Shown: positions 37,896 through 47,878 of the stretch, piece by piece
Layout: every line of letters starts with the position of its first letter
How positions within the stretch are numbered: the first letter of the stretch is position 1
From: Macrostomum lignano
Taxonomy: Eukaryota
Assembly (NCBI GenBank): GCA_002269645.1
Contig: NIVC01000479.1
Span: forward strand, 62,001 to 126,000
Direction of reading: 5' to 3'
DNA length: 64,000 nucleotides
The notes under the pieces: generated by a model
Seen by the model: the letters and a program-made list of their open reading frames with translations, nothing else
The model's database searches: none
What the model was told of the DNA's origin: nothing
Program-made: the position numbers and the translations under genes

Positions 37896-39579
37896 TGTAG
37901 GACGCGTGAGTCGCAAGTGAGTACTAAAAATATCTTTCTCTGGTTTTTTATATCAATCCGATTTCCTTCTATCTCGATTCTCGTATTCCCTGTATTCTGC
38001 AATTCTGCAATTTCTTCCTGTATATGTTCTCAGCTTCAACACGCAGACATGATTGTAGATTGTGAGTTAAATATTAGTATATTACGATGCATACTCGATC
38101 GCAACTGCCATTTTATCTTTACTTTTAGGATCCGCAGTTTCACGAGTTTACTACAAGCCTGGCGATCGGTCATTCATGAACTGGAGTTATTTTAGAGACT
38201 GATTATATTGATTCTATCTTTATTGTTTACATTCTTGAACCCTAGAATTAGGTACAGCTTAAAATTCGGTGTTATAGAGGCCGGAGGGGTAATTTAGCTC
38301 AAAACTGTGTAGGAGGGGTGGAGGGGCCGGAAACTTAGTGGGAGGTGATGCCGCTGTATGTGGCTGAAATGGGGGATTTATTTTCTTAAACCCCAGTATA
38401 CGAGTATGAAATACTAATGGTATTGTATACAGTATTCCTACCTCCAATTCAAGCCAACAGAATTTTTGTAATATTTTACTTATCCCATTGATAATAATCA
38501 ACTAGCTGCACAACTGTAATTTCCATCTGTTACCATCTGGTTTTACTTTTAAGCACATATAAAATGCTATGAATATTTTCTTTCTTTTGCTGGCACCTAT
38601 TTTAGGTCAGATCGAATCAATACTTTCCGTATCAAAGTATTTATGTGTTTATGCTAGGTTGTAACTTATAAAATATATATATATATATATATATATAGTT
38701 CAGACCTTGTCAAGCCTCGCACGAAATTCGTCTTTGTTCTTCCTTTATCTTTGGTGCAATATGGGAATAGAAAAAACTTGATGACCTGCACTGATAAGGA
38801 GTCAGGACAGTTTGTTTGTTTCGCATAGGTTCGCTTAAGCAGGCAAGAACGGTACAACGTAGAAATTCCCATATCACTTCTCTAGCCTTTCTTCTAACCC
38901 CCCCCCACCCAACTGAAATGAATTGGCCAAAATTAGCTGTCACCTCTAGGTTAAAATAATTCCTTGCATTGCCCTGTCATTACGGGTTATTGCCACTGGC
39001 CAGGAAATTCAAAACATTTTTCTAAGAGCAACTCAAAATGAGTAAGCTTTATACAGGCTATAATTGATGAGAGATTTCTGTTAATGAGAGATAAAGCCCA
39101 CACGGGTTTTATTGATGTCGGGTTGTAAAAGACGATCGCAAATAGAGAACAATATAGCGAGAATATTCAAGCTGGCGGACGTGCGCCGAGCTATAATTTT
39201 CTGTTAACTCGGGGATTCAGTAAGACTAGAATAATTGAGTGGCAAAAACTGTCATGAGAACGCAAAGGCACTTTGAAACCTTTATGATTCAGTGGATTTA
39301 TTCATCCGGAAAAATGACAAGGCGGGGGTTAGATTGTTATTTATTCATGACCTGTCCCATTTGAGCTCTGACCGCCTCTGAATATGAAAACTGAGAAAAT
39401 ATCTATGTCTATGTATCCCTCCTTATCAAAATGTGACTGAGTGACTGTGCCCTACTCGTAATCGGGGAGATAAATGAAGGGGAGACAGGGGAGACAGTCT
39501 CCTATCTCCAATCTCCCATGTCTCTTATTTGCCATTATGCAGTTAACTGGGCCCGTCATGCATAGCCTACTGCAGGCTG

Positions 39580-40120
39580 CAGGGGTCAGCAAACTCCAGC
39601 CCACGGGCCACATGCGGCCCGCAGTCTCTCTATCCAGCCCTCGGGTCCTTTCTAACTTCCCATGCCAATAACAATCCAGCCCGCTCAAGGTTTGCATCTC
39701 TTCTCAGCTTTTTTGCTAATTTCTTCTCCTTTTCTCATCAAAATCTCCCCTCTCTCCTCCTTTCCCCTCTTTCCTTGCTCCCAGTGGCGCAACCAGGGGG
39801 GCGGGGGGGGGGGGCGGGGCCCCCCCCTTAGGCGGAGACCCAGAAAAAATTGAAGGGGGACCAAGCGAATTTTCGCCAAAAACAGAGCCTCCCCTCCGCC
39901 CCCTCCCTCAAAAAATTTCTGGTTGCCCTACTGCTTGCTCCCTTCCTCTGACATCTCTCCTTTCGCCTCTCTCCTCTCTCCCTTTATCTCCCTTCTTTCT
40001 CTCATCTCGCCTCTCTCCTCTCTTCCCTCCTCTCACATCTCACATCTCTCCCCTCTCCCCTCCACTCTCCTCCTTCTGGCCCGCAGTCTTGAGCTAGATT
40101 CTCTATCTGGCACTTAAAGT
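39580..40120 (+). mobile_element. hAT-like non-autonomous repeat fragment nested in the CACTA element (right boundary uncertain)
   Basis: CAGGGGTCAGCAAACTCCAGCCCACGGGCCACATGCGGCCCGC start; homologous to 23155-23329. Confidence 0.5.
39782..39932. mobile_element. 151-bp hAT-type MITE with 8-bp TSD
   Basis: Imperfect TIRs CAGTGGCGCAACCAG / CTGGTTGCCTACTG, flanked on both sides by CTTGCTCC (39774-81, 39933-40). Confidence 0.82.
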
Positions 40121-40767
40121 AAAATAGTTAGCCAATCCCTCGCAAGGAATTTCGATCATTACAATGAGCAAAAGTTGACATTAACAAAATTTTGGCGGGC
40201 GCGTTGTGCCAAGCCTGAACAGCTTCTCTAGACAGCACTCTGTGCTCTCCAGAATTACTTGAACTGTTAGCAGTGGCGCAAGCAGAATTTCTTATGTGGG
40301 GGGGGGCGGATTCTGAAGGGTAAAGACCCAAGGGGGCGGAGGGGTGGCTCTGTATTTTGGCAAAAATGCGCTTGGTCCCCCTTTAATACAGCTTGGCAAA
40401 CCTGATTGATTTTCCGGGATTTCCCCTGTCCTAGTTGTATTTCTCTAAAATTCTGGAAGATAAATCGAGATTCTAGATAATAGCTGCATCTAAGATTAGT
40501 TTGTTTTGCTATCGCATTGTACCGTACAATTAATTATTGAAAATTTTAAACCTTTGCTGGCATACGCATATGTTATCTTTGACCTTACCTGTTGTTTAAT
40601 AGGTAAATTATTACTGTATGGAGGTACATGTAGATATAGGCATTTTGACTGTCAACTGTCCACCCCATACAAGCATACGGCTTTCAAATAATTATGCAAC
40701 CTTGTGCAAGGGTATGCCGCCTACTTACATGTAAAACTTTGAAATGAGTATTTATTTACGCCACTAT

Positions 40768-41541
40768 CCAAGGGGGGGGGGCGCGGCCGCGGGAGACCGA
40801 CAGCGGAGACCGCCACAATTTGCCCGCCAGACAATTTGCCCGCCAGACAATTTGCCCGCCAGACAATTTGCCCGCCAGACAATTTGCCCGCCAGACAATT
40901 TGCCCGCCAGACAATTTGCCCGCCAGACAATTTGCCCGCCAGACAATTTGCCCGCCAGACAATTTGCCCGCCAGACAATTTGCCCGCCAGACAATTTGCC
41001 CGCCAGACAATTTGCCCGCCAGACAATTTGCCCGCCAGACAATTTGCCCGCCAGACAATTTGCCCGCCAGACAATTTGCCCGCCAGACAATTTGCCCGCC
41101 AGACAATTTGCCCGCCAGACAATTTGCCCGCCAGACAATTTGCCCGCCAGACAATTTGCCCGCCAGACAATTTGCCCGCCAGACAATTTGCCCGCCAGAC
41201 AATTTGCGCGCCAGACAATTTGCCCGCCAGACAATTTGCCCGCCAGACAATTTGCCCGCCAGACAATTTGCCCGCCAGACAATTTGCCCGCCAGACAATT
41301 TGCCCGCCAGACAATTTGCCCGCCAGACAATTTGCCCGCCAGACAATTTGCCCGCCAGACAATTTGCCCGCCAGACAATTTGCCCGCCAGACAATTTGCC
41401 CGCCAGACAATTTGCCCGCCAGACAATTTGCCCGCCAGACAATTTGCCCGCCGCCCTATTTCACCTTGAAAAGAACGGCGATCAAATTGTGGCGGTCAAA
41501 TGTACTCGTAGATGTAGTAGACCCGGCGGCCGCCCCCTTTG
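40768..41541. mobile_element. Inverted-repeat-bounded element containing a highly homogeneous 16-bp array (~40 units, 40815-41452)
   Basis: Perfect inverted repeat GACCGCCACAATTTG (40808-22) / CAAATTGTGGCGGTC (41483-97), plus outer imperfect CAAGGGGG..GCGGCCGC.GG repeats. Unit ACAATTTGCCCGCCAG. No TSD resolved. Confidence 0.65.
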
Positions 41542-43502
41542 CCATGGCTGGACTTGCATATAAGGGGGGTAAATTTTGAGCTTACTTTGGCTTTTTAGAC
41601 CAAAACAAAAATTTGGGCAAATCTGCCCCCACTACTTTAAAAATCCTGAATTGACCACCAAATCGGACTCATCTAAATGAAAACTTAAGAATACAAGCAA
41701 CATTGTACATGCGCTAGTGCTTAAGTAGTGGAGTATTAAAAAATATATTTTTTGTTGCGTTGATTTCGAAGATCAAAAGGTATTACTTATAAGTAGGTAG
41801 GCTAAAACGCACACTTTTGCGTTCACATCCAATTTCTGAAGTGTATGAAACTCAGAAAAATTTGCACGAGTCGCCTATACCCCACTTTGGAGCTTGCAGC
41901 AATTTTTCAAAGAGATGGCTGCTCAAAGGGTTAAAAGTTCAAGTTAGCTGTAGTATGAGGATTGGTCAATGCAAATAAATAATGAGCTCATTATACAAGA
42001 AAATAATTAATAAGGATATCAATAGTTCGCCCCACTGTCCACTGCACGTACTGAAAGGCGTACTGTCAGGTTCGAGCACAAAAACACCCGAAACTAAAAA
42101 AATCAACTTTAAAAATTCTGCTCTTTACATAATTTCCTCACAAAAATATTTCATACGTACAAAGAAGAAAACCTACAAACTTTTATCTTGCGGGATGGGG
42201 CGTACCCTTGAGGGCCGCCGGGGCGCCGGCCTAGAGGGTACGCCCCAATTTTTCTAACCACTGGGTTAAAAAGCCACCGTATCAAACATAAAAGAGTTAC
42301 CATGTAGAACATTAAAGAGTCACTATTTCACACAGTAAAGAGCCACCATGTCAAACATAAAAGAGCCACCATGTCAAACCTTCAAAAGCCACCATGGCGA
42401 ACATTAAAGAGCTACCATGTCAAACACAAAATAGCCACCATGTCAAACATTGAAGAGACACTATGTCAAACGTATACGTGACTCCATGTCAAACATAACA
42501 GAGCCTCCATGTCGAACATTAAAGAGCCACCATGTCAAACATTAAAGAGCCACCATGTCAAACATTAAAGAGCCACCATGGCGAACATTAAAGAGCCACC
42601 ATGTAAAACATAAAAGTGCCACCATGTCCAACATTAAAGAGCCACCATGTCCAACATTAAAGAGCCACCATGTAAAATATAAAAGAGCCACCTTGTCAAA
42701 CATTAAAGAGCCATCATGTCAAACATAAAAGAGCCATCATGTGAAACATATACGTGACTCAATGTCAAACATTAAAGAGCCACCATGTCAAACATTAAAG
42801 AGCTATCATGTCAAACACAAAGGAGCTACCATGTCAAACATAGAAGAGCCACCATGTCAAACATTAAAGAGCTATCATGTCAAACACAAAAGAGCTACCA
42901 TGTCAAACATAGAAGAGCTACCATGTCAAACATTAAAGAGCCACCTTTTTAAACAAAAAAGAGACCCCATTTCAAACATAAAAGAAGTGTCATGCCAAAC
43001 AAAATGGAACCACTATAAAGCTAAGGAAATTGTTGCACTAGCCACTTGTTCTCTGGTGGATGCTTGCTTTTTAAGGATGGATTCTTGCTTACAGGGGGAT
43101 GCTTGCTCTTGTGGGTGGAGGGTACTTGCTATCTGAGAGGGGGTTGCTAGATATCTATAAGGTATCTTTGTATCCAGGTTATGCTTGCTATCAGGGGTTG
43201 CTTGCTGTCTGGGGTTGCTTGCTATCGGGGGGATGCTTGCTACCTGGGGATGCTTGCTACCTGGGGGATGCTTGCAGTCTGGGGGATACTTGCTATTTGG
43301 GGATCGATGCTTGAATGCTGTCTGAGGATGCTTGCTGTCTTGGGATGTTTTGTTTTTAGAGGGAATGTCTGTTGTTGTTTTTTGAAGGTTTTATTTCGCT
43401 GTCTATTTGTTATTTGTAAAGAACAAGGATTCTATCCAGATGTCCCCCATCGGGGGGCGAAGATTGCTAGTATATACTAAAAACCTGCTTAGCTCGTCTA
43501 TT

Positions 43503-43590
43503 ATTGGCCAAATCACCAAAAAACCAACTAGAATCACCCAAAATCACCCCAAAATCACACCCTCCCACCCTCCATCTGGGGGTATATAAA
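43503..43590 (+). promoter_or_regulatory. Compact Pol II promoter: reverse CCAAT box (ATTGG 43503-07) plus TATATAAA (43583-90)
   Basis: The TATA box starts 52 nt before the ATG at 43635. The same arrangement recurs for the next gene. Confidence 0.6.
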
Positions 43591-43634
43591 GCGCTGCGCG
43601 GCTGTCGGAGAGCTCTCTGCTGCTGCTGCTAATC

Positions 43635-44183
43635 ATGTCTTCTTCTATCGCTCTATACGAAAACTTTGTGGCGCGGAAGCCCACATTTGAAACGGAGCAT
43701 GACTTAATTGAAATCCGTCGGCTCTACACCGACGAAGCTGGAGTGTGGAAGGACGGCTTCCCAGCAATCTATTTAAGCGAGGTCGAGTGGAAGAAGCTCG
43801 AAGCTGCACGCCCTGACCTGGAGGCTGCGGCACGTCTTCACGTGGACAAGAGAGTCGTGTTGGGCAGCTTCAAGGCGGCAGAAGCTTCACAGGGGAGGAT
43901 TCGTTTGCGGCGCAATTGGCTTAATCGCGATCCAAAGTTCAATTGGCGCTACACAATTGAATTCACGCCAGAACTGTGGCGCCGGATGTTTGCCGCCCGT
44001 TTGGGCAAGCTCTTCAAACCCAAGGCCCCGCCGCCAGCCAAGCGAGCCAGGACCGAGACCTCTCCGGTAGCCAGGACTGAGGAGGAGGAAGAAAATCTCC
44101 AGGACGTTCTCCAGGTTGTGGGTCTCAAACCCTACCAATCCCCGCCCTGGGAAAATCTGTTTGACGAGAGTCAGCGCTGGTAG
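43635..44183 (+). CDS. Tandem PC4/Sub1-like ssDNA-binding protein, 182 aa, intronless
   Basis: LIEIRRLYTDEAGVWKDGFPAIYLSEVEWKKL...DLEAAARL aligns by eye with the PC4 core [32 protein letters not shown]...DIDDAVRK. A second degenerate copy is RIRLRRNWLNRDPKFNWRYTIEFTPELWRRM. Followed by a PAKRAR NLS-like motif and an acidic tail. Confidence 0.68.
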   Translation: MSSSIALYENFVARKPTFETEHDLIEIRRLYTDEAGVWKDGFPAIYLSEVEWKKLEAARPDLEAAARLHVDKRVVLGSFKAAEASQGRIRLRRNWLNRDPKFNWRYTIEFTPELWRRMFAARLGKLFKPKAPPPAKRARTETSPVARTEEEEENLQDVLQVVGLKPYQSPPWENLFDESQRW

Positions 44184-44189
44184 TTCCCT

Positions 44190-44225
44190 ATTGGCTCGCG
44201 CCACCCCGCGGGGCTCCCTATATAA
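44190..44225 (+). promoter_or_regulatory. Second compact promoter: ATTGG (44190-94) plus TATATAA (44219-25)
   Basis: Begins 7 nt after the PC4-like stop codon. Upstream of CCAACATG at 44296. Confidence 0.55.
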
Positions 44226-44295
44226 CTAATCTATCCAGCCTCTAGAGAGCCAAACCCTAATCCTAGCCCTGATACTATAGTCTGCTGATTCCAAC

Positions 44296-45225
44296 ATGTC
44301 CCGCCGCCGAGCTCTATCCACCCTCTGGGATAAAAACTGCCCATCTGAAGAATTAGCCTCCCTCGACGGTGAAATACTCGAACATATATCCCCATAGGCA
44401 TAGAAAACGGCGGACTTGACTATCCTGAAAATTGGGGTGCTGATATAGCCTTATCTTGGGCTTTGTGGGCTATTACCTACGATAGCAACCCGGGGTCTGA
44501 GATTTTCGACATCCCGTGGGGTAATACCTACGATAGCGACACCGGGTCTGAGATTTTCGACCTCCCAACGCTGACTATCGGAGGGGGTGTGAACGCCGCC
44601 GCTGCCGACTCTGGTGCCTCTGCCGCTGCCGCCCCTGCCACCTCTGCCGCCGATGCCGACTCTGCCGCTGCCGACTCTGGTGTCTCTGCCTCTGCCGCCC
44701 CTGCTGCCGCTGCCGACTCTGGTGCAGCCTCCCCCGGTGTCTGTGCCTCTGCCGCCTCCAGCCAAGCCTCGATATCATCAGCCACCACGATCCTTCTCTT
44801 TGGTGATGAGGAAATGAATGGCCGAGGAGATCGCCATGGTCCGCGATCGCTTTCCGCGTATTGTGGCCTCCTTTTTTCACCGTGATATCGAGTGGTTGAG
44901 GTCTCGCCACCCCGACGGCCTGCCTCCCCAAGACACCTTTGTCGAGGCCTTTAATCGGGTTCTCGATACTTTGGTGTCGAGGGGGGCTGACCTACGGGAG
45001 GTGTTGGAGGCAGAGACACTACATCAAGATTGGTTGATGGGGCGCAATTCGCATGCCTCCGACACTGAGGCATATCTGGCCGGTCCGGGAGCGCGCCCTA
45101 CTGAGTGGGATGCACCTATGGTAAGATATTACACTGTATACACAATTCGTCTTATCATATACAAAGCGTATATTCTTTCTACATTAATTGTTTTAATTTC
45201 CCCATTGCAGTCGGCCGACTACTGA
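44296..45225 (+). pseudogene. Second module gene of unknown function, apparently broken by two micro-duplications (+AT at 44384-89, +AATG at ~44813-20); one intron 45121..45210
   Basis: Removing one AT and one AATG joins MSRRRALS..., ORF 44463-44885 and ORF 44818-45225 into one reading frame. GTAAGA...TTGCAG phase-0 intron. AATAAA at 45470. Confidence 0.45.
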
Positions 45226-46384
45226 TTCGAGACCCTTGAGGAGGAGGCGGCATGAAACAACACTGAGGAGCGGCTGGAGGTTGACTGGGGTTTGCGGTTT
45301 TTTCTCCCTGTACGTGGTTTAGGGAAACCCCACAGTATACACTGAGTAGATTGGAATGGGGTTGAGTGGGGTTAAAAGACTAATTCAGATGACTCGCCCC
45401 TAGGGAGAAAATTGTCTCCCTTACAGTCTCCCCTGACCGAGATTCCCCTGTCTGCGCGGCACTTGGGATAATAAAACCTATTTGGAAGCTCCCCTGGGGA
45501 GAATTCTCTTTGTATGCGGTCTGCTACCTCCACTGTACATTGGGGCGGTCTCTGTTACTCCTCTCTGCCCGCACTGTACTCCGCTAAGGATCCCCCGGCC
45601 CTGGGGAGGAATTGAATTTCTCTATGTTACTCCGCCCGCACTGTACATTGGGATCCCCCGGCCCTGGGGAGGAATGCGGGGGGCGTGTCTCGAATATCCT
45701 GGGCTGGATATTTTACTTTTTTGTTTGCACCTACATTACATGCTTAATTTTGCATACATATGTTGTATTATACTTAACTTCCAGTGTGTGTATTTTATCC
45801 TATGCATTGAAATTTGTGCCTGCGGGTTAATATGCAAAATGTAATGTTTAAAATCTGCCTACGTTATATGCTATGTAATTTTCCTGTATTATACTCAATT
45901 TGCACCTACAGTGTATGTATGCACCTGCATAATTGGAATCTAGAGTGCGTATGTGTATTTCCACCTATGTTTTATTAGCGCTTACAGTACCCGCTTTGTA
46001 TTATTTTGTCTGTTTTACCGTCTGCCAATATAACGATAATATCATTATGTATACCTAAGTTTGTACACCTATATGCATTATGCACCAATATGTACATTTT
46101 TAATATGCACCTGCATTATACCTATGCGCCTACCATGTATTTTTTATACTTTTTATGTAAATATACGCAATTTTACCTACTATAAGTAGTTTTCACTAGC
46201 CTAATTTTGTGTGTTAATATCGCTGACTATACGTATCGGTGTACACCTGTATTGGGCGAGTGTACACCTGTATTGGGTGAGTGTACACTGGGAGGGTCTA
46301 CATATCTGGAGGGTGAGCCTGCGGCTCGGGAGGGTCGCCTCCAGCTGCGCCTGCGGCATACATATCGGTAGGGTGTACTTATCG

Positions 46385-46475
46385 GGAGGGTCTACATATC
46401 GGGAGGGTCTACATATCGGGAGGGTCTACATATCGGGAGGGTCTACATATCGGGAGGGTCTACATATCGGGAGGG
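46385..46475 (+). repeat. 17-bp tandem repeat, followed by a duplicated ~55-bp GC-rich unit (to ~46580)
   Basis: TACATATCGGGAGGGTC x5. GGCCGCCTGCG.CTGGCGCC.GGT.GGCGCTCGGC.CCTGGACGGCGCTTGGCG x2. Confidence 0.9.
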
Positions 46476-46724
46476 CCGCCTGCGACTGGCGCCTGGTCGG
46501 CGCTCGGCACCTGGACGGCGCTTGGCGGGCCGCCTGCGGCTGGCGCCCGGTGGGCGCTCGGCGCCTGGACGGCGCTTGGCGCCACGCGCCGACCAATGAG
46601 AAGCGAGGTGGGTTGACACCCACCTCACCTCCAAAAACCCCAGATTCGGGAGTCCATAGTAGTCTCGAATATTATTGTCAAAGCTGCCTAGTAAAAAAAC
46701 TTGAAAAGTAACGGGCTGAATAAC

Positions 46725-47010
<286 letters not shown>

Positions 47011-47878
47011 AACATCAAATTTTTCGTTATGAATTTCATGTAGACAATTCAGATGTAAATGATTTACATTACTTTACTTACTGCATTGCAAAAATCCAAT
47101 CTGAAGAATAGGACAAACAACATTCTCTGCAAACCGTTTAGCTAATACAAGTTTTTAAGGTTTTATTAAACTGCATGGTTTGCCCTCTAACTGTTGCTTT
47201 TACGATCTGCATGACTGACAGGGTTATCTATGCTTCCATGTGTACTGCGTCATGAGTCGGGTGCGTGGTGGTACCATGGTAGCCAAACCAGCAGGTACTC
47301 AAAAGGTTCCCGCCCTCGCAAAATTAAAGCATTTTTACCGATATAAACGCATGGCCTGATAGTCCATATATACTAAGGACATGCAACTAGGAATGCAATT
47401 AGAAAACTTTATTTAAGTTAAAATTTAGCCAGCGGTTTGTAAAACGTTGACTACACAGCAAAAACAGAATGCGATTCACTTTTGTTAGCAGCTAGTGATA
47501 TAATTAGAAACAGTTTTTTTTTCAGCAATGCATGAAGTAATAAGGCCGATTATTTAGATAAGCTAGTTGACCGTGCTCATGCTCATGGCGTCATGCTGCC
47601 CAATCGCAGTTGGTTAATAAAAAAAAAAGTGGCGCTTGAGACAAATTGAGCTCATTTGATAGCGAAAGATTTCACTTTAGCCTGCATGGTATTCGGGTTT
47701 GATTTGCATATGAAGCACATATCGAGATAGGCAGATAAGTAGGAAAAACACTCGTGACAGCTATATCATAGCTAGCTATAAGGTGCCAGAATAAAGCCAA
47801 TATCGAATGCAGGCACGATATTCAAAGCCAATTTTAATGGTTTAATAGCCTCAGAAAGAGCTATATATTCGAAATACA

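Larger units (their letters stand above)
31963..42265. mobile_element. Complete CACTA/EnSpm (CMC superfamily) DNA transposon, 10,303 bp
   Basis: CCCAGTGG...CCACTGGG TIRs with a 2-bp TSD TT (31961-62, 42266-67); the empty site CAGACATTAAAAAGCC occurs elsewhere in the satellite. Subterminal GGTACGCCC/GGGCGTACC motifs. Two divergent genes. Confidence 0.92.
29800..43470 (+). mobile_element. Non-autonomous Helitron unit B2, fused head-to-tail to B1 and split by a CACTA insertion (parts 29800..31962 and 42266..43470)
   Basis: Begins TCCTATATACTAAAAATG directly after the CTAG of B1. The satellite resumes in register after the insertion. Ends with the same hairpin and CTAG (43467-70). Confidence 0.88.
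43471..46691 (+). mobile_element. Gene-bearing Helitron-like module (unit B3), 3.2 kb
   Basis: Starts TATATACTAAAAA right after the CTAG of B2 (the Helitron 5' motif minus TCC). Has 17-bp subterminal repeats sharing the TATC.GG.GG core and a perfect 9-bp hairpin GAGGTGGGT-TGAC-ACCCACCTC (46606-27). Ends CTAG|T at 46688-92. The right boundary is inferred. Confidence 0.55.

Noticed and set aside
40271-40765. Second CAGTGGCG-type MITE (CAGTGGCGCAAG ... TTACGCCACTA)
   Set aside because: The ends match only loosely and no TSD was found.
40721-41579. Five ORFs of 220-247 aa
   Set aside because: 16-bp array that lacks stops in all frames.
46656-46670. AGTAGT as a Polinton/Maverick terminus
   Set aside because: Wrong orientation for a right end, with no matching TIR, 6-bp TSD or polB/integrase in the window.
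25679-46691. Autonomous Helitron
   Set aside because: No HUH Rep or PIF1-like helicase motifs in any ORF.
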